Origin: Schizosaccharomyces osmophilus
Taxonomy: Eukaryota
Direction: 5' to 3'
Assembly: GCF_027921745.1 (NCBI RefSeq)
Contig: NC_079239.1
Coordinates: forward strand, 806,001-870,000
Length of the DNA: 64,000 bases
A program made the position numbers and the translations under genes. The notes under the pieces are model-generated. The model did not search any database and was not told the DNA's origin. It worked only from the letters and a program-made list of their open reading frames with translations. Below are positions 11,901 to 24,011 of the stretch, piece by piece. Each line of letters opens with the position of its first letter. The stretch's first letter is position 1.

Positions 11901-12301
11901 CTGAAGTCCACCGCTTGAAGAACGAAATTACTGAAGGAGAGTCTTTTCGGTCTACTTCGCAATCAACCCGAAGTGTTCAGAAAGAGGAAATAGACAAACT
12001 TAAATCTGATAGGGATGAGCTTCAGAAAACACGTAAGATCGCTGATGAGGAGAATGTACAGTTTAAAGACACATGTGAAGAATTAAAGAAGAAGGTTGCC
12101 GATCTTGAAGCTAAGGATGATCAAAATACAGCAGAATTACAAAAACAGAATACTGAACTAGAAAAGAGACTTAAAGAGGCCGACGAATACTGGTTGCTTA
12201 TCATTGAAGAGTTGGAATCAAAGCGCTCAAGGGATAAGAAAGTTTTAAAAGAATTGGGACATGAAGTTTCTGAAGATGAGAATGAAAGTGATGAAAATTA
12301 A
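8964..12301 (+). CDS. uso1: ER-to-Golgi tether Uso1/p115; intron 9132-9187
   Basis: Exon 1 MDILQKGY...TLCDRLEHATLFEDRKAA; LQKLVVFENAF armadillo head; long coiled coil; acidic tail. Confidence 0.95.
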
Positions 12302-12365
12302 CGGAAGCACAATCTTTTGGATAGAATAATAATAATAAATACAAAAGATATAATTACCTAAATAT

Positions 12366-14043
12366 CTAATCAAAATCTTCTCCTCGATTCCACGAATTAG
12401 CCAAAACCCAAAAATGCTCACTATTACCTAGTTGTTCAAGTGATTGTCGAGCTTCATTTTCAGTGGGACACTTTCGAAACGTCCAATATGAGAAGTTTCG
12501 TTTACTTAGATCACCTTCCCAGATTAACTCACATGTGTTTTCATTATAAGGTATGGTGCTTCCATTCATATCAGCGAGCTTATTTCCTTGGGCTAATATA
12601 GAATTCCTTGAGGTATCTGTCCAATCTATACGATTTATCATTAACTTTTTAAAATGTTTAATATTCTTTCTTCCTCCTTCGACGATAACCAAGTTAAGTT
12701 TGTCGTTTAGTATACATGCTCCTGTAAGACCCAGTTGTTTAGCATTTAAATCGATTTTCAAACGGTGTGGTCTGTGTGCAAGGTATTTAATTCTAAAGTA
12801 GGTTAGTAAAAATTCAAGTTTATTCGTAACAATACTTACTTGAAAACAAGACACTGCAAGCCGCTTGCAACATCTTCTTCCAGCTTTTTAAGTAATTTAT
12901 TCCTTCTCTCCTCCGGTGCAAGTTTTCTTTCTTCATTCATTTGTTCATGACGAAGACGTCGCTCTTCAACTTGTTTTCTAACCTCTGCTTCCATTTTTGT
13001 TGGATCCTTAATAGCCGCGTCACCTAGTACATTCATAAGATTTGAAAGCTTAACCTTTGGAGGTTCTGGAGGCTCTAATCCTAACAACTGGCGATCTTGT
13101 TTTTCTTTACGAGCTTCAGCTCGTGTCTGTCTCCGAATTTTCTTTTGTTCCTATACATGTTAGCATAAGTTGGTATATTTTTAAGAATTACCTTTTTAGT
13201 CAAGAAAAGAGATTTGGAGGGTGGTTGGTTTTTCAAATAAGGCGGAAGAACAGGAATCGGATGCTGTATATTCGATGTTATAGTCTCACTGTTTTCAAAA
13301 ATTTTCCAAGTATATTGATCGCCGTAAGTTGATTCATCAACAACATAGGGCAAATCCCACCATTCGACACTAGGAGGTTCAACTCGATGTATGGATTTGC
13401 TGGTCACTAGAAGCTCGTCATTTATTCCTGCCTTTTCGGAATGCAAGGCAACACGTTTCTTTAGCTCTTCTAATTGAGACTGACGTCGAAATTGTTCAGC
13501 TTCTTCAATATATTTACCAGAAGCATTCAGAGATAAAGCCCTAGGAGCTCGACTACGTCTTGATTCCTTTGTTCTAGGATCGTAATAAGGGAGGTTTTCA
13601 ACTTTAGGTGCTTCAATATCTTCTAAAAGCGGATTCCTCTTACTTTCAACGGAACGCTCCTGTGGTAAAACATTAGGACTATCCCGTACTGGTTTGTTAG
13701 GTACAGAAGGCTTTTCGGAATTCCCGTTATATGAATAGGAGTCATCTTTCAATAGGGCAGGATGGATGCCAACCCGTAAGCCTCCCCTTGCAACATCACC
13801 CTCAGTATGTTGAGATGGAGCAGAGGGCGGTGAAAAAGAATTCTAAAACAATAATTAGAAAATTATCTCATTCTTTATACTTACAAATCGTTTCGCGGTT
13901 CTTTCTCTTAACTCAGCAATACGACGCTGAGCTGCACCTGGTTCATTGGGTCTATTCCCATCGGAATTTTGGTCTGACCCACCAAATCTTTGAGAAGAAG
14001 TTCTTTTCTCTAACTCTAATTTTCTTCTTTTGACAGCTTCCAT
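12366..14043 (-). CDS. prp3: U4/U6 snRNP protein Prp3, multi-exon
   Basis: GGLRVGIHPAL, VEWWD, IQHPIP, PKVKLSNLMNVLG, NAKQLGLTG, VIVEGG, CELIWEG spread across spliced ORFs. Confidence 0.95.
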
Positions 14044-14378
14044 CTACTTACAGTTAATCAACGTTATAAGTTGAGTCGACAAGAAACTTACTATGCAAAT
14101 ATAATAAACAGTTAGAAAAACGCGTAACTCCTTCACGGGAAGTTGTACTTTTATACAAAAGATTGAGGACTCTAATAAAAGACTCAAGTGAGGTTTTTTT
14201 TTAAAAAAAAAAGAAGTAATGCAGGCGGTTGGGGTTGTGATGAGAGTGTCTGAAGAAAGAGAGGAATGTGATTTAAGAATATTATCTATTGTACATGAGA
14301 ATTTGATATAAAAGAACAAGAAGATTACCATAATAATCCAAAAATTAGAAACCATACTAAAAGTCTATGATTTGGAAA

Positions 14379-16008
14379 TTAGAAAAACGTACAGTCAATT
14401 CCATAATCAAACCTCCAAACAAAAATCTCGCTGTTATGAGTACAGGCTATAATACGCCGGTGATCACATTGTAACCCAAATACCCGAGATCTTCGGTCAT
14501 TATGTAAAACGCAGTACAATTCTCCGGTTTCAAAATTCCATACCCGTATGGTCCCGTCGTATCCTCCAGAAACAACTTTTTCATCGTCAAATTGTAAAGT
14601 TCGGATGAGATCTTCATGACCTTGAAGTATACGAAGCAGCTTTCCGGACTCGGCTTCGAAGATGCGAACTGTGGTATCTGACGATCCTGAAACTATGTAC
14701 TGCCCATTGTACTGACTACAGGCAATTCCTCGCTGATGCGCATGTATGACTTTTAAGCACTGTCCACTATGGATGTCCCACATCCTTAGAGTACGATCAC
14801 CGCTGGCCGTTACGATAACACCGGTGGCTTCATTGTATTGAACGGAGTTAACAGAAGCAAGATGTCCTCTCAAGACATGTACGCAGGGGTTTTCTTCGGG
14901 TGAAGGATCCAGCTTCCATACGCGAGCTGTATGATCACGAGAACAGGAAATGATGTACTTCCCAGCGACAATGACTCCTAAAACATTGTCTGTATGCCCA
15001 GTCAAATATTTGATAGGGCACCTTCTTTGCCAACTCCAAACCAAAATGGAAGTATCGGAAGAGCCAGAGACGACGAGGTCACGTTCTCGGTCAAATTGCA
15101 AACATAAGACACTGCCCAAATGACCATGAAGAGAATACAACAAGGCACCAGCATGAATGTCCCAGACACTGATCATACGGTCTTTTGACCCACTGACGAC
15201 AAAGTCGTCATCATATTGCACACAATATACGCTGTCCGTTGAATTACGAGAGAACCTTCCCAGTCGTGTTGGGGCTTGCAGTTCGCATAAAACGAAATTA
15301 CCATGGCGCCAATTGGATTCCAATCGAGCGCGTTCTTTGTAAATATGAGACCAATTGAGCAGAGGATGGTTTTGCGAATCGTAGACGCATTGTTGATCGT
15401 GAAAGATAGTCCCATGGGGACCTAGAAAGTGTTGATCGATACGAATGAAATCCTCTTCAGAGAAGGGATGATTTTTGGTACGCGTCCATTCTTGGAATTC
15501 TTGTGCGACCTTGGGATTTAGGTGCCAATCTTTTCGTTGGAACAGCGTTTTCCATAGAGCAGGGTCTTCTAGTAGCCTTTTCCATCTTCTGGACATGGAT
15601 TTGCATCTGCAAAGGTCATATTGACTGAGACAGCTAAAAATCCGCAAAATGATTTCCTCGGGAAAAAACTAGAAAATGGATTAGAAACGAAAGCATGGAA
15701 GAAGATGAAAGCACAGCGTACTTCAGTAAAATCCTTGAATAATAGAGTTTGTATATAGTGGTAGACGAAGAGAATTCCTTCTCTCGGCAGCTCTGAAAGT
15801 GTAAGTTGTATGGTATCTAATTGTTAGTTTGGGCATTCAAGTTACTAGACGAAAGCATACCGAGTTTTTTGGATTCCAAGGGAGAAAAAGAACAAGTACG
15901 TGGACAGCCACTTTTGCCATTCAATAAGTCATTTTGTTCACATGCTTTGCCTGCTAGTTCATTTAAAATTTGGTGTTTATTGCAATTTGTTTTTGGGTCA
16001 TCAGGCAT
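14379..16008 (-). CDS. pof11: F-box/WD40 protein (beta-TrCP-like), 3 exons
   Basis: F-box [13 protein letters not shown]...[12 protein letters not shown], then WD40 repeats. Two upstream exons joined by GTATGC and GTACGC introns. Confidence 0.9.
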
Positions 16009-16947
16009 TGGAAGGAATGAAAGAAGAACAACTAGAAGAAAAAAAGGTTTGAAGAAATTTGGTTTTTAGAAGAAGGCTTCTCTTTTTTTACACACAATCC
16101 AAGTCCTTAGCTTTTAAAAAGCTCAAGTAAAAGCATGCTTCATAAATTCCACAATTCAACGTTGGGAAACCAGCCTTAAAAGTTAAAAAGCGTTTCAAGG
16201 CTTGTAGAGAGAACGAAAGTCGAGAATTCAGTTGTCTTTACCCGTATAAAAAAAACCCAATCTTCTACATCTGTTGAATAGGTTCAAAGGATAAGGAGGC
16301 CTTTGCATCTCGTTAGTAAATAGAGAGAAGAGATGTAAATTCGTGTCAAGAAAAGAAGGGAAACCTTTCTTTTCAGTTTGGTTTTTCACGTTTTTCCATT
16401 GTAGTTTACGAAAAGCAAATGAATCGACAGGTTTATTCAATCTACTTTTGATGATTCTCATCTTGTGAAAAAGAAGTACAAACATGCAAAAATACAAAAG
16501 TACAAAATAAATCACATAGTTAAGAAAGTCAATTCTGTCATGTGTTTTGTTTTGAAAGGTATATAGCATCCTCAAATGCATGTCATCAACAAAGAGTTCA
16601 TTTGTCGCTACCAAAATGATTATTTATTTTCAGCGACACTAGAGCCGAATATTTATTTCACGTGAAATGCATCAAAGGAGAAAATGAAGATCCAACAGAC
16701 ACAAAAAGAACCGATCGTAAATGCTGAAGAAATGGAAAAGATAAAAATCGCCTAAAGAGAAAGTGTTGACAGAAACCTTTTTCTTTTCTTTTTCGAATAT
16801 GGCATCGAATTAGTATAGCACTTATAGATAGAGATATAATAGGGATTGATATTTTATTAATGAAATTCTTGTTGTCTTAGTCTAAACAATCCAAGCGGGC
16901 CAACATTTATGTTTATGAATATTGTCGCAACAAGTCGACGCAGTCCA

Positions 16948-16970
16948 TTCTTCTTCTTCTTCTTCTTCTT
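16948..16970. repeat. (TTC)7 microsatellite
   Basis: Read directly from the sequence. Confidence 0.85.
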
Positions 16971-17198
16971 AGAGATAGAATCCCTCGACAAATCTATTGA
17001 AGCATTCTATTTCTAAACAACTTCCTATAGGTAACCATTTTCTACCTTCTTTTACTTTACTTTCTTTACTTAACTTTACGTTCCATCAACTCTCTTTCCT
17101 ACATAACCACACATAGACTTTTACCAACTTAAACTACCTACCACATAACAGACTCTGCCCCCTTTTAGTCAGCATCGGCTGTGCCTTTCTACAAACCC

Positions 17199-17283
17199 AG
17201 CAGTCAAGAGCTGCGCACTTTTTGTTTATCTACCAGCATCGATTATTATCAATGGTGCCCGGATTGCGCAGCTCTTGACTGCT
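17199..17283. repeat. Perfect 19-bp inverted repeat with a 47-nt spacer
   Basis: AGCAGTCAAGAGCTGCGCA (17199-17217) and TGCGCAGCTCTTGACTGCT (17265-17283). Confidence 0.95.
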
Positions 17284-18122
17284 AAATTAGTGTAAACAAA
17301 GAAAGAAAAGTAACACAAATTGCAATCTCAGTGTATGAACAAACAAGGACTCCTTTGAGATTGATTGCGATAATAAGGAGTACATTCTGAATTGCTTTTT
17401 CTGCTAACTATTCCAAACAAACGATCCTACCAAGTTGTTGATTTCGTCGATGCTTCATCAAGAAATGCTTCGCTTCACGAGTAAAACGTGTGGCTCTTTT
17501 TTCTTATTTTTTGTTTGTTTATTTGTTTTAAATTCTTAGTAGAAGGCATTTGAAGTGCTTGTTTCTAAATAGCTAGCAATCTTGGTAGCATTCTCTTAGA
17601 TATCAGGGAGAAGACGTCATGTGAACCACCATTATTTGTTACTTTCAAAGCCTTAAGACGATATTATATTCTGTCACCTAGAAATAGCCTCCTTTTATCT
17701 GACAACTGTTAGCTCCCCTTTTCCACGACTGCATTTCACCAGAAAATTGGGTGAAAGGTTTTGCTTCTCTGCTCTTTTGTTTCAAACAACTAGTGGAAGT
17801 CAATTCCAACAGGAACTCAAACAATAGCTGCAATCCTTCTTTGCTTGCTTTCGAGAGGTACCCTACTACTCCAAAACACACTCTTACCTCTTTCCTTTCG
17901 AGCCATTCCGCCCATTTCCCCTTTTCTTCTTCAGTCGGTCACCTCTTCTTTTTTAGATGGAGAAGTTTGTTTGTAAGCGATTGTAAATATTCACACACAA
18001 ACCCCATCTGATCAAATCCATCAGACTTGTTTGCATCGCAAATTTTTACTTTTCGACCAAAAAATTGAATTATATCTCTTTTTGCTTATACCATTTTTCT
18101 TAAAACACCCCGCTTTCTAATC

Positions 18123-21100
18123 ATGGATGTTCCACGACCCTCTCCCTATATGTTTGGGTCAAGTAGTTTTCAATACTTGCCATATCAGGTGCGCTCCCTC
18201 CTTGGAAACTCCTTTACTTATTTTCTAAAAGAAAGTCCTCACGATTACCATGAGGATTCTCTCTTGTCCCAAGTGCACTACAAGTACCTTCTTACCGGTG
18301 GTCTTGTTTGTACATACCTCTACGTAATATATCAATGGCTTTCCAATTCTTTCTTTGTAAAGCGTCATGTATCTTCCGAGTTTTCTGGCCTGCGGCGCGT
18401 CCATGGTCTCTGTCTCTGGATGCTTTCTTTTCTCTTTTTATGTTTAACCGTATTCATGTATGCTGAAGGGCGTTTCCCAACGAGATTTGTAGCCCATGGT
18501 GTTAATCATGTGTTGCTTGCTTTTTCTATACACTCTTTTCTTTTTCATTCACTCCGCATCCTTGTTCCCCGGGCCCGCCCTACCTTATATCATTCTGCGG
18601 TATTATTGAATCTTTTCATCGTTCCTGTCTTCTTTGATTTTTACATTTATCCCTTTCTTCTAATCCATCGTCCTCCTATGTCCATTTTCTCTCCGTTTTT
18701 ATGGGCCTATTTTGCGATTGCCATCGCCATAAATATCATTCCGTGGTTTACACCACGTGTGTGGTATCCCTTGTTTCCCGAGGAGCACGATCGACCTTCC
18801 GAAGAACAAACCTGTACTTACTTTAGTTATATTTGCAGCTACTATTGGCTAAACAGACTCATCAGTATCGCTACTCGTCGTACTGTCGAGTTTGATGATG
18901 CTCCTCAGCTGCCGGATTATGATAAGAACAAACTCTGGTCTAGTAGGTATGAAAGACTCAAACGCCCTTCTTTGTATGTTACTATGCATCTTATTTTTGC
19001 ATTCCAAATGCTGGGTATGGCTACTGCAAGCTTTTTCATTAGTGCTACACAATTTATTTCCCCTGTAGCCATGAATCGCTTCCTTAAATATTTGGAAAAT
19101 CCCAAGGCCGATTATTTGTCTCCTTATGTCTGGATTGCTTTGCTTTTACTTGGTCCCTTCATAAATTCAATGGCCTTCCAATCTTACCTATTTTTGTCAA
19201 CTCGCTATACCGTCCGTTCTTACTCGGTTCTTGTCTATCAAATATACAAAAAGGTGCTCGATTTTCGTTTTGTGCAAAACAAAAATGAGGAATCAAAAGT
19301 AGGCCGAGTGAACAACCTTATTTCTACTGATGCTAATGATATTGGTGAGCTTCGAGAATTTATTCATGTTGCCGTAAGAGCACCGTTTGAAATCGGTATT
19401 TCTGTCTACTTGTTGCAAAAACTATTAGGTTGGAGTGCTTACATCGGCCTTGTCCTTGCCGTTTTAACCACATCCGTTCCTATTTTGTTGGGTCCTTTTG
19501 TTGCTAAGCTAACTTTGATGTCAAACAAAGCAACTGATTCCCGTATTGAATTAATGTCCGAACTTCTTCAAAGTATTCGTGTAACAAAGTTCTTTGGTTG
19601 GGAACGCCCAATGCTCGAACGCGTGCAAGAAAAACGTCGATATGAGATTCATCGAACCTGGAAGTTGCTTTTAATGGAAATTTTAATTCAAGTTTTAGTT
19701 GAGTCTTTACCCTTTTTCAGCATGTTTGTTACCTTTATCCTCTTCACTACTGTAATGGGACAGAAAATTACACCTTCCATTGCATTTACTTCGATTTCAC
19801 TTTTCAATTTAGTGCGTAATCAATTTGCATGGATTTCTCATCTTTTAAGACAATTGGTACAGATTTTCGTTTCAATTGGTAGAATTTCAGACTTTTTGCA
19901 TGACCCTAATGAAGTTGATCCCTCTGTCTACACTGATTCAGAAAGTGAAGACGTTGGTTTTGACAATGCTACTTTCACTTGGCCATCCAACCCTGTTGAT
20001 GGAGATTTCCGTTTACGTGACTTGAATTTCAAATTTCCAAAGAACCAGCTCTCAATTGTTGTAGGACCTACCGGTTCCGGAAAAACTTCGCTTATTTCGG
20101 CTTTGCTTGGTGAATTAAGTCTTGCTAGCGGCTCTTATTCGTTACCTCGTTCTAAAGGTGTATCATACGTGTCTCAAGTCGCTTGGTTGCGCAATGCCAC
20201 CGTTAAAGATAATATTCTGTTCAACTCTATATTCGATGAAACACGCTACAGAGATGTTTTAAAATCCTGCGGTTTGCAGAGCGATTTGGAGAATTTACCT
20301 GCCGGTGATTTAACTGAAATTGGTGAGAAAGGTGTTACTTTGTCTGGAGGTCAGAAACAACGTATTGCGCTTGCTCGTGCTGTCTACGCACCTTCCTCCG
20401 TTGTTTTAATTGATGATGTTATGTCTGCTTTGGACATTCATACATCAAACTGGATTTTCCGCCATCTTTTCCAAGGTCCTTTAATGCAAAATCGTACTGT
20501 TATTCTCGTTACGCATAGTGTGAATCTTTTCTTAGATGATGCCAACTTTATCGTTACCGTTAAGAATGGATCAGCCTTTCCAACCAAGGATAAGTCATTA
20601 CCTATCTTGCAATTAAATGAAGAAATTGCTCATACACCTGAATCTACAGCTGAACCAGAGATGCCGATTTCAGAGATCCCACTTGATTCCTCAGTAGATG
20701 CTCAGCAAATTGCCGAATCAGGTAAATTAGTGGAAGATGAAAAAAGAGCAACCGGAGACGTACCTATGTCTGCTATTTTTGAATATTTCCGTCAATTCGG
20801 CTCGGGAACATATGTATGCATTATTCTTCTATTGCTAGTTGTTACTCAGACATTGTCTATTCTGATCGATTTGTGGGTGGCATTTTGGACCAACAAATCC
20901 ATAGACTCTCCTGATATGAGTAATACCAAGTTCTTATTTGTATATGGAACAATGCTCGTCCTTTACTGCGTGCTCGACTATTTGCGCACTTATACGTATG
21001 ACAAAGGTTCCTTGATTGCTGCAAAGAATATTCATAATTCGATGCTGAAGAATGTGTTCGGTACTTATGCTTCGTGGTTTAATAAGACTCCTACTGGAAG

Positions 21101-22514
21101 AATTGTGAACCGCTTTGCTAAAGATATTCGTTCTTTGGATCTTAATTTGCCGTCTTGGCTTTTCTGGTCCATCGAATGTTTCCTTTCAATTCTTGCTGGG
21201 TTAATATCTGTTTCTTCGGCTATGCCTCTTTTCTTGATTCCTGCCGTTATTATCTGTTCGGTTGGATTTTACGTCGGTGTGCTTTATACTAAAGCCCAAG
21301 TTGGTATAAAACGATTAATTTCCGTCCATAATTCTCCTATTTTCGGCCTTCTTGGAGAGAGTATTTCCGGACTTGCAGTAATTCGTGCATTCAACATGCA
21401 AAGTACATTTAGGGATGAATTCTCTAAGAGGATTGACAACTTAATGCGTCTTCAGAGTGCCTCATACAATTTAAATAGATGGGTTGCCATTAGAACAGAT
21501 GGCATTAGTGGATTAGTTGGTGGATTGGCTGGATTTATTGCTCTTAAGCAAAGCCATCTTTCTCCTGGTCTTGTCGGGTTTTCACTTAACCAATCTGTGA
21601 TGTTTAGCGTAACAGTCCTTTATTTTGTCCGCTCCTTTAACAACTTGCAAGCTGAGATGAACAGCTACGAAAGGGTTAAAGAGTATACTCGATTAGAGCA
21701 AGAACCTGCACCTACGAAAGAGGGTGAAGTCCCAGTGGCGTGGCCCAAAGAGGGAGACATCAAATTCGAAAATGTCAGCGTTAGCTACACTCCAAAGGGG
21801 TCTAGTGTCATTGAGAATTTAAATCTTCACATTCATCACGCTGAGAAGGTAGCAATTGTTGGACGAACCGGCAGTGGTAAGAGTACCTTAGGACTAACTC
21901 TTTTACGATTCACACATCGAGTGGGAGGATCTTTACGTATTAACGATTTGGAGATTGAGAATGTTAACTTGAGTTCTCTACGTCAGCGAATCTCATTCAT
22001 CCCTCAAGACCCAATCCTGTTTTCTGGAACGGTTCGAAGCAATTTGGATCCTTTCAATGAACTTGATGAGTGTTTACTAAACGAGGCACTCCAGACGAGT
22101 GGGGCAAATAAAATGGCTATTGCTTATACCGATGATCAGCAGCCAATTCATATAACCTTAGATACTCAAGTATCTTCGGAAGGCTCAAATTTTTCTCAGG
22201 GCCAGAAGCAAGTATTGGCACTCGCTAGAGCGATCGTTCGACGCTCCAAAATTATAATTCTCGACGAATGTACGGCATCGGTAGATGACGCTACAGATCA
22301 ACAAATCCAAAAAACATTGCGTAGCGCATTTGGTGATGTGACTATGTTGTGCATTGCTCATCGTTTGAAAACAATCGTTGACTATCATAAAGTTATGGTT
22401 ATGGACAAAGGTGTGCTTGTTGAATATGGACCACCTGGAGAGTTATATAATAAGGGCGGTGTTTTCCGGCAAATGTGTGAGCAGAGCGCAATTAGCTTTC
22501 CGGAATCTAACTAG
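18123..22514 (+). CDS. abc4: ABCC/MRP-family ABC transporter
   Basis: Two TMD-NBD halves: GPTGSGKT with LSGGQ, and GRTGSGKS with FSQGQ. Name from synteny. Confidence 0.9.
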   Translation: MDVPRPSPYMFGSSSFQYLPYQVRSLLGNSFTYFLKESPHDYHEDSLLSQVHYKYLLTGGLVCTYLYVIYQWLSNSFFVKRHVSSEFSGLRRVHGLCLWMLSFLFLCLTVFMYAEGRFPTRFVAHGVNHVLLAFSIHSFLFHSLRILVPRARPTLYHSAVLLNLFIVPVFFDFYIYPFLLIHRPPMSIFSPFLWAYFAIAIAINIIPWFTPRVWYPLFPEEHDRPSEEQTCTYFSYICSYYWLNRLISIATRRTVEFDDAPQLPDYDKNKLWSSRYERLKRPSLYVTMHLIFAFQMLGMATASFFISATQFISPVAMNRFLKYLENPKADYLSPYVWIALLLLGPFINSMAFQSYLFLSTRYTVRSYSVLVYQIYKKVLDFRFVQNKNEESKVGRVNNLISTDANDIGELREFIHVAVRAPFEIGISVYLLQKLLGWSAYIGLVLAVLTTSVPILLGPFVAKLTLMSNKATDSRIELMSELLQSIRVTKFFGWERPMLERVQEKRRYEIHRTWKLLLMEILIQVLVESLPFFSMFVTFILFTTVMGQKITPSIAFTSISLFNLVRNQFAWISHLLRQLVQIFVSIGRISDFLHDPNEVDPSVYTDSESEDVGFDNATFTWPSNPVDGDFRLRDLNFKFPKNQLSIVVGPTGSGKTSLISALLGELSLASGSYSLPRSKGVSYVSQVAWLRNATVKDNILFNSIFDETRYRDVLKSCGLQSDLENLPAGDLTEIGEKGVTLSGGQKQRIALARAVYAPSSVVLIDDVMSALDIHTSNWIFRHLFQGPLMQNRTVILVTHSVNLFLDDANFIVTVKNGSAFPTKDKSLPILQLNEEIAHTPESTAEPEMPISEIPLDSSVDAQQIAESGKLVEDEKRATGDVPMSAIFEYFRQFGSGTYVCIILLLLVVTQTLSILIDLWVAFWTNKSIDSPDMSNTKFLFVYGTMLVLYCVLDYLRTYTYDKGSLIAAKNIHNSMLKNVFGTYASWFNKTPTGRIVNRFAKDIRSLDLNLPSWLFWSIECFLSILAGLISVSSAMPLFLIPAVIICSVGFYVGVLYTKAQVGIKRLISVHNSPIFGLLGESISGLAVIRAFNMQSTFRDEFSKRIDNLMRLQSASYNLNRWVAIRTDGISGLVGGLAGFIALKQSHLSPGLVGFSLNQSVMFSVTVLYFVRSFNNLQAEMNSYERVKEYTRLEQEPAPTKEGEVPVAWPKEGDIKFENVSVSYTPKGSSVIENLNLHIHHAEKVAIVGRTGSGKSTLGLTLLRFTHRVGGSLRINDLEIENVNLSSLRQRISFIPQDPILFSGTVRSNLDPFNELDECLLNEALQTSGANKMAIAYTDDQQPIHITLDTQVSSEGSNFSQGQKQVLALARAIVRRSKIIILDECTASVDDATDQQIQKTLRSAFGDVTMLCIAHRLKTIVDYHKVMVMDKGVLVEYGPPGELYNKGGVFRQMCEQSAISFPESN

Positions 22515-22819
22515 ATTGACTTTTTAGAAAAGCCTTGAACTTCTTGTTTATTATATAGACATGTTTTAGTTTTCATGTCTTGGTTTATTTGTTGAAGTTT
22601 AAGTAGACTGAGTAAATATTTACTACATATTAATACAAATTAAGTTTTATTTTACACATCTTGTTCATAGAAATGTCCTGCTATACAGGAAAGGACGAGA
22701 AGCGACTGTTAGACGGTTTGCTCGGTTATCATATTATGATATGTAATACAATGTGTGAGTTTCTAGTAAGTCATTAACACCCTTTGTTAATTTACGAAAA
22801 ACGGTGTAAAACAAGCGCT

Positions 22820-23743
22820 ATGGATAAATCTATCTTCAAGGAACTGCAGACAAAAGTTGATCATGAAACATCTTTGCGAGATGTATGGTATAGATTTTCT
22901 CCCGGCAATAACTAAACAAAATATTCAGGAATTAGGCTCTCGTGTGGAAACGATTGATCAAGAAACAAAAGTATTACGTCTCTTACTTGGAGAAGTTGAA
23001 ATCTGTATGAGAGAAGTTTACTATATTCCTCCTACTTAAAGTAAAAGCTAATGAGTTTTTAGCAAAGAACCAAACGTCCATTGATATTACAAGGAGCATT
23101 GAGGTTATAAAAGTGAAAATTCAAGAATTGGCGGATGTGGCATCTGAACATTCTTACTACAAATATGTTAATGTCTGGGACAGAGCGATTCAAGAAGTCG
23201 CATGCTTGACTTTGTTGGCAACTTGGAGAGGTGCTCTCCCAGGACATGAAGACAAGAAGTACCACGTTTTGACTCTGGAAGAAGTTGGTCAAATTTTGAA
23301 CGGTAAATTATTATATGTGCCTAAAAAATCTAACAAAATGGCTCTAGTTCCTGTGTATCCTGAAGAAGTTAAATTTCACATTTCGATTGAGGAGTATTTA
23401 CATGGTGTTTTGTCCATAAGTACTGAACTGGTAAGTTTTTAACTTTTTTCGTGTTAGAAAAAAAGAATCTGACTATAAATTTGTAGGCACGATTATCTGT
23501 TAATGCTGTGATTTATGGCAACAAAGAGGTTCCTTTGAAATCGCTTCAAACTATTGAAAATGTACACTCGTCCTTCCAATTGTTATCACTGAAAAATGAC
23601 TCTTTACGCCGTCATTTCGACAGCTTAAAATATCAACTCAAAAGAGCTGAAGATGGTATGCTAAGTGTTTTCCGTTTATTCAAAATCTTCTAACTAGCCT
23701 AGTGGTTTATGATATGAGAATTCATAATCTGTTAGATGAATAA
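22820..23743 (+). CDS. tsn1: Translin, multi-exon
   Basis: Spliced MDKSIFKELQ...YYKYVNVW...FHISIEEYLHGV...ARLSVNAV...FQLLSLKNDSLRRHFDSLKY...VVYDMRIHNLLDE*. Confidence 0.93.
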
Positions 23744-24011
23744 AACGCTGTTATACGATGAGGAAATTTCTTTTTTTGTTATGAATTGATAAATTTATGT
23801 TTGTATTTTATTCTTGCAATATGCAATTTTATTACCTGCATTGTTTACTAATGCACTCCAACACGGGTTTACTTATTTTTGAAATTCTATGTGCAACAAA
23901 ATGTACAGTTTATTCTAGTAGTGTTACCTTTGTATTTTTTTGTCCTATTTGAGATTAAAGCAAGTCACTCTTGTATTTATGTGTGTATTTGATTACCATA
24001 GTTGAATTGAA

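Noticed and set aside
14044..14355. 103-aa ORF immediately upstream of the prp3 start
   Set aside because: It ends in a stop just before the ATG and has poly-T-derived composition; it is promoter or UTR sequence.
16655..16668. 14-bp palindrome ATTTCACGTGAAAT with an E-box core
   Set aside because: A single site with AT-rich flanks; no support for function without conservation data.
16228..18011. Several short ORFs in the pof11/abc4 intergenic region
   Set aside because: Near-cognate starts, AT-biased composition, no splice-supported model.
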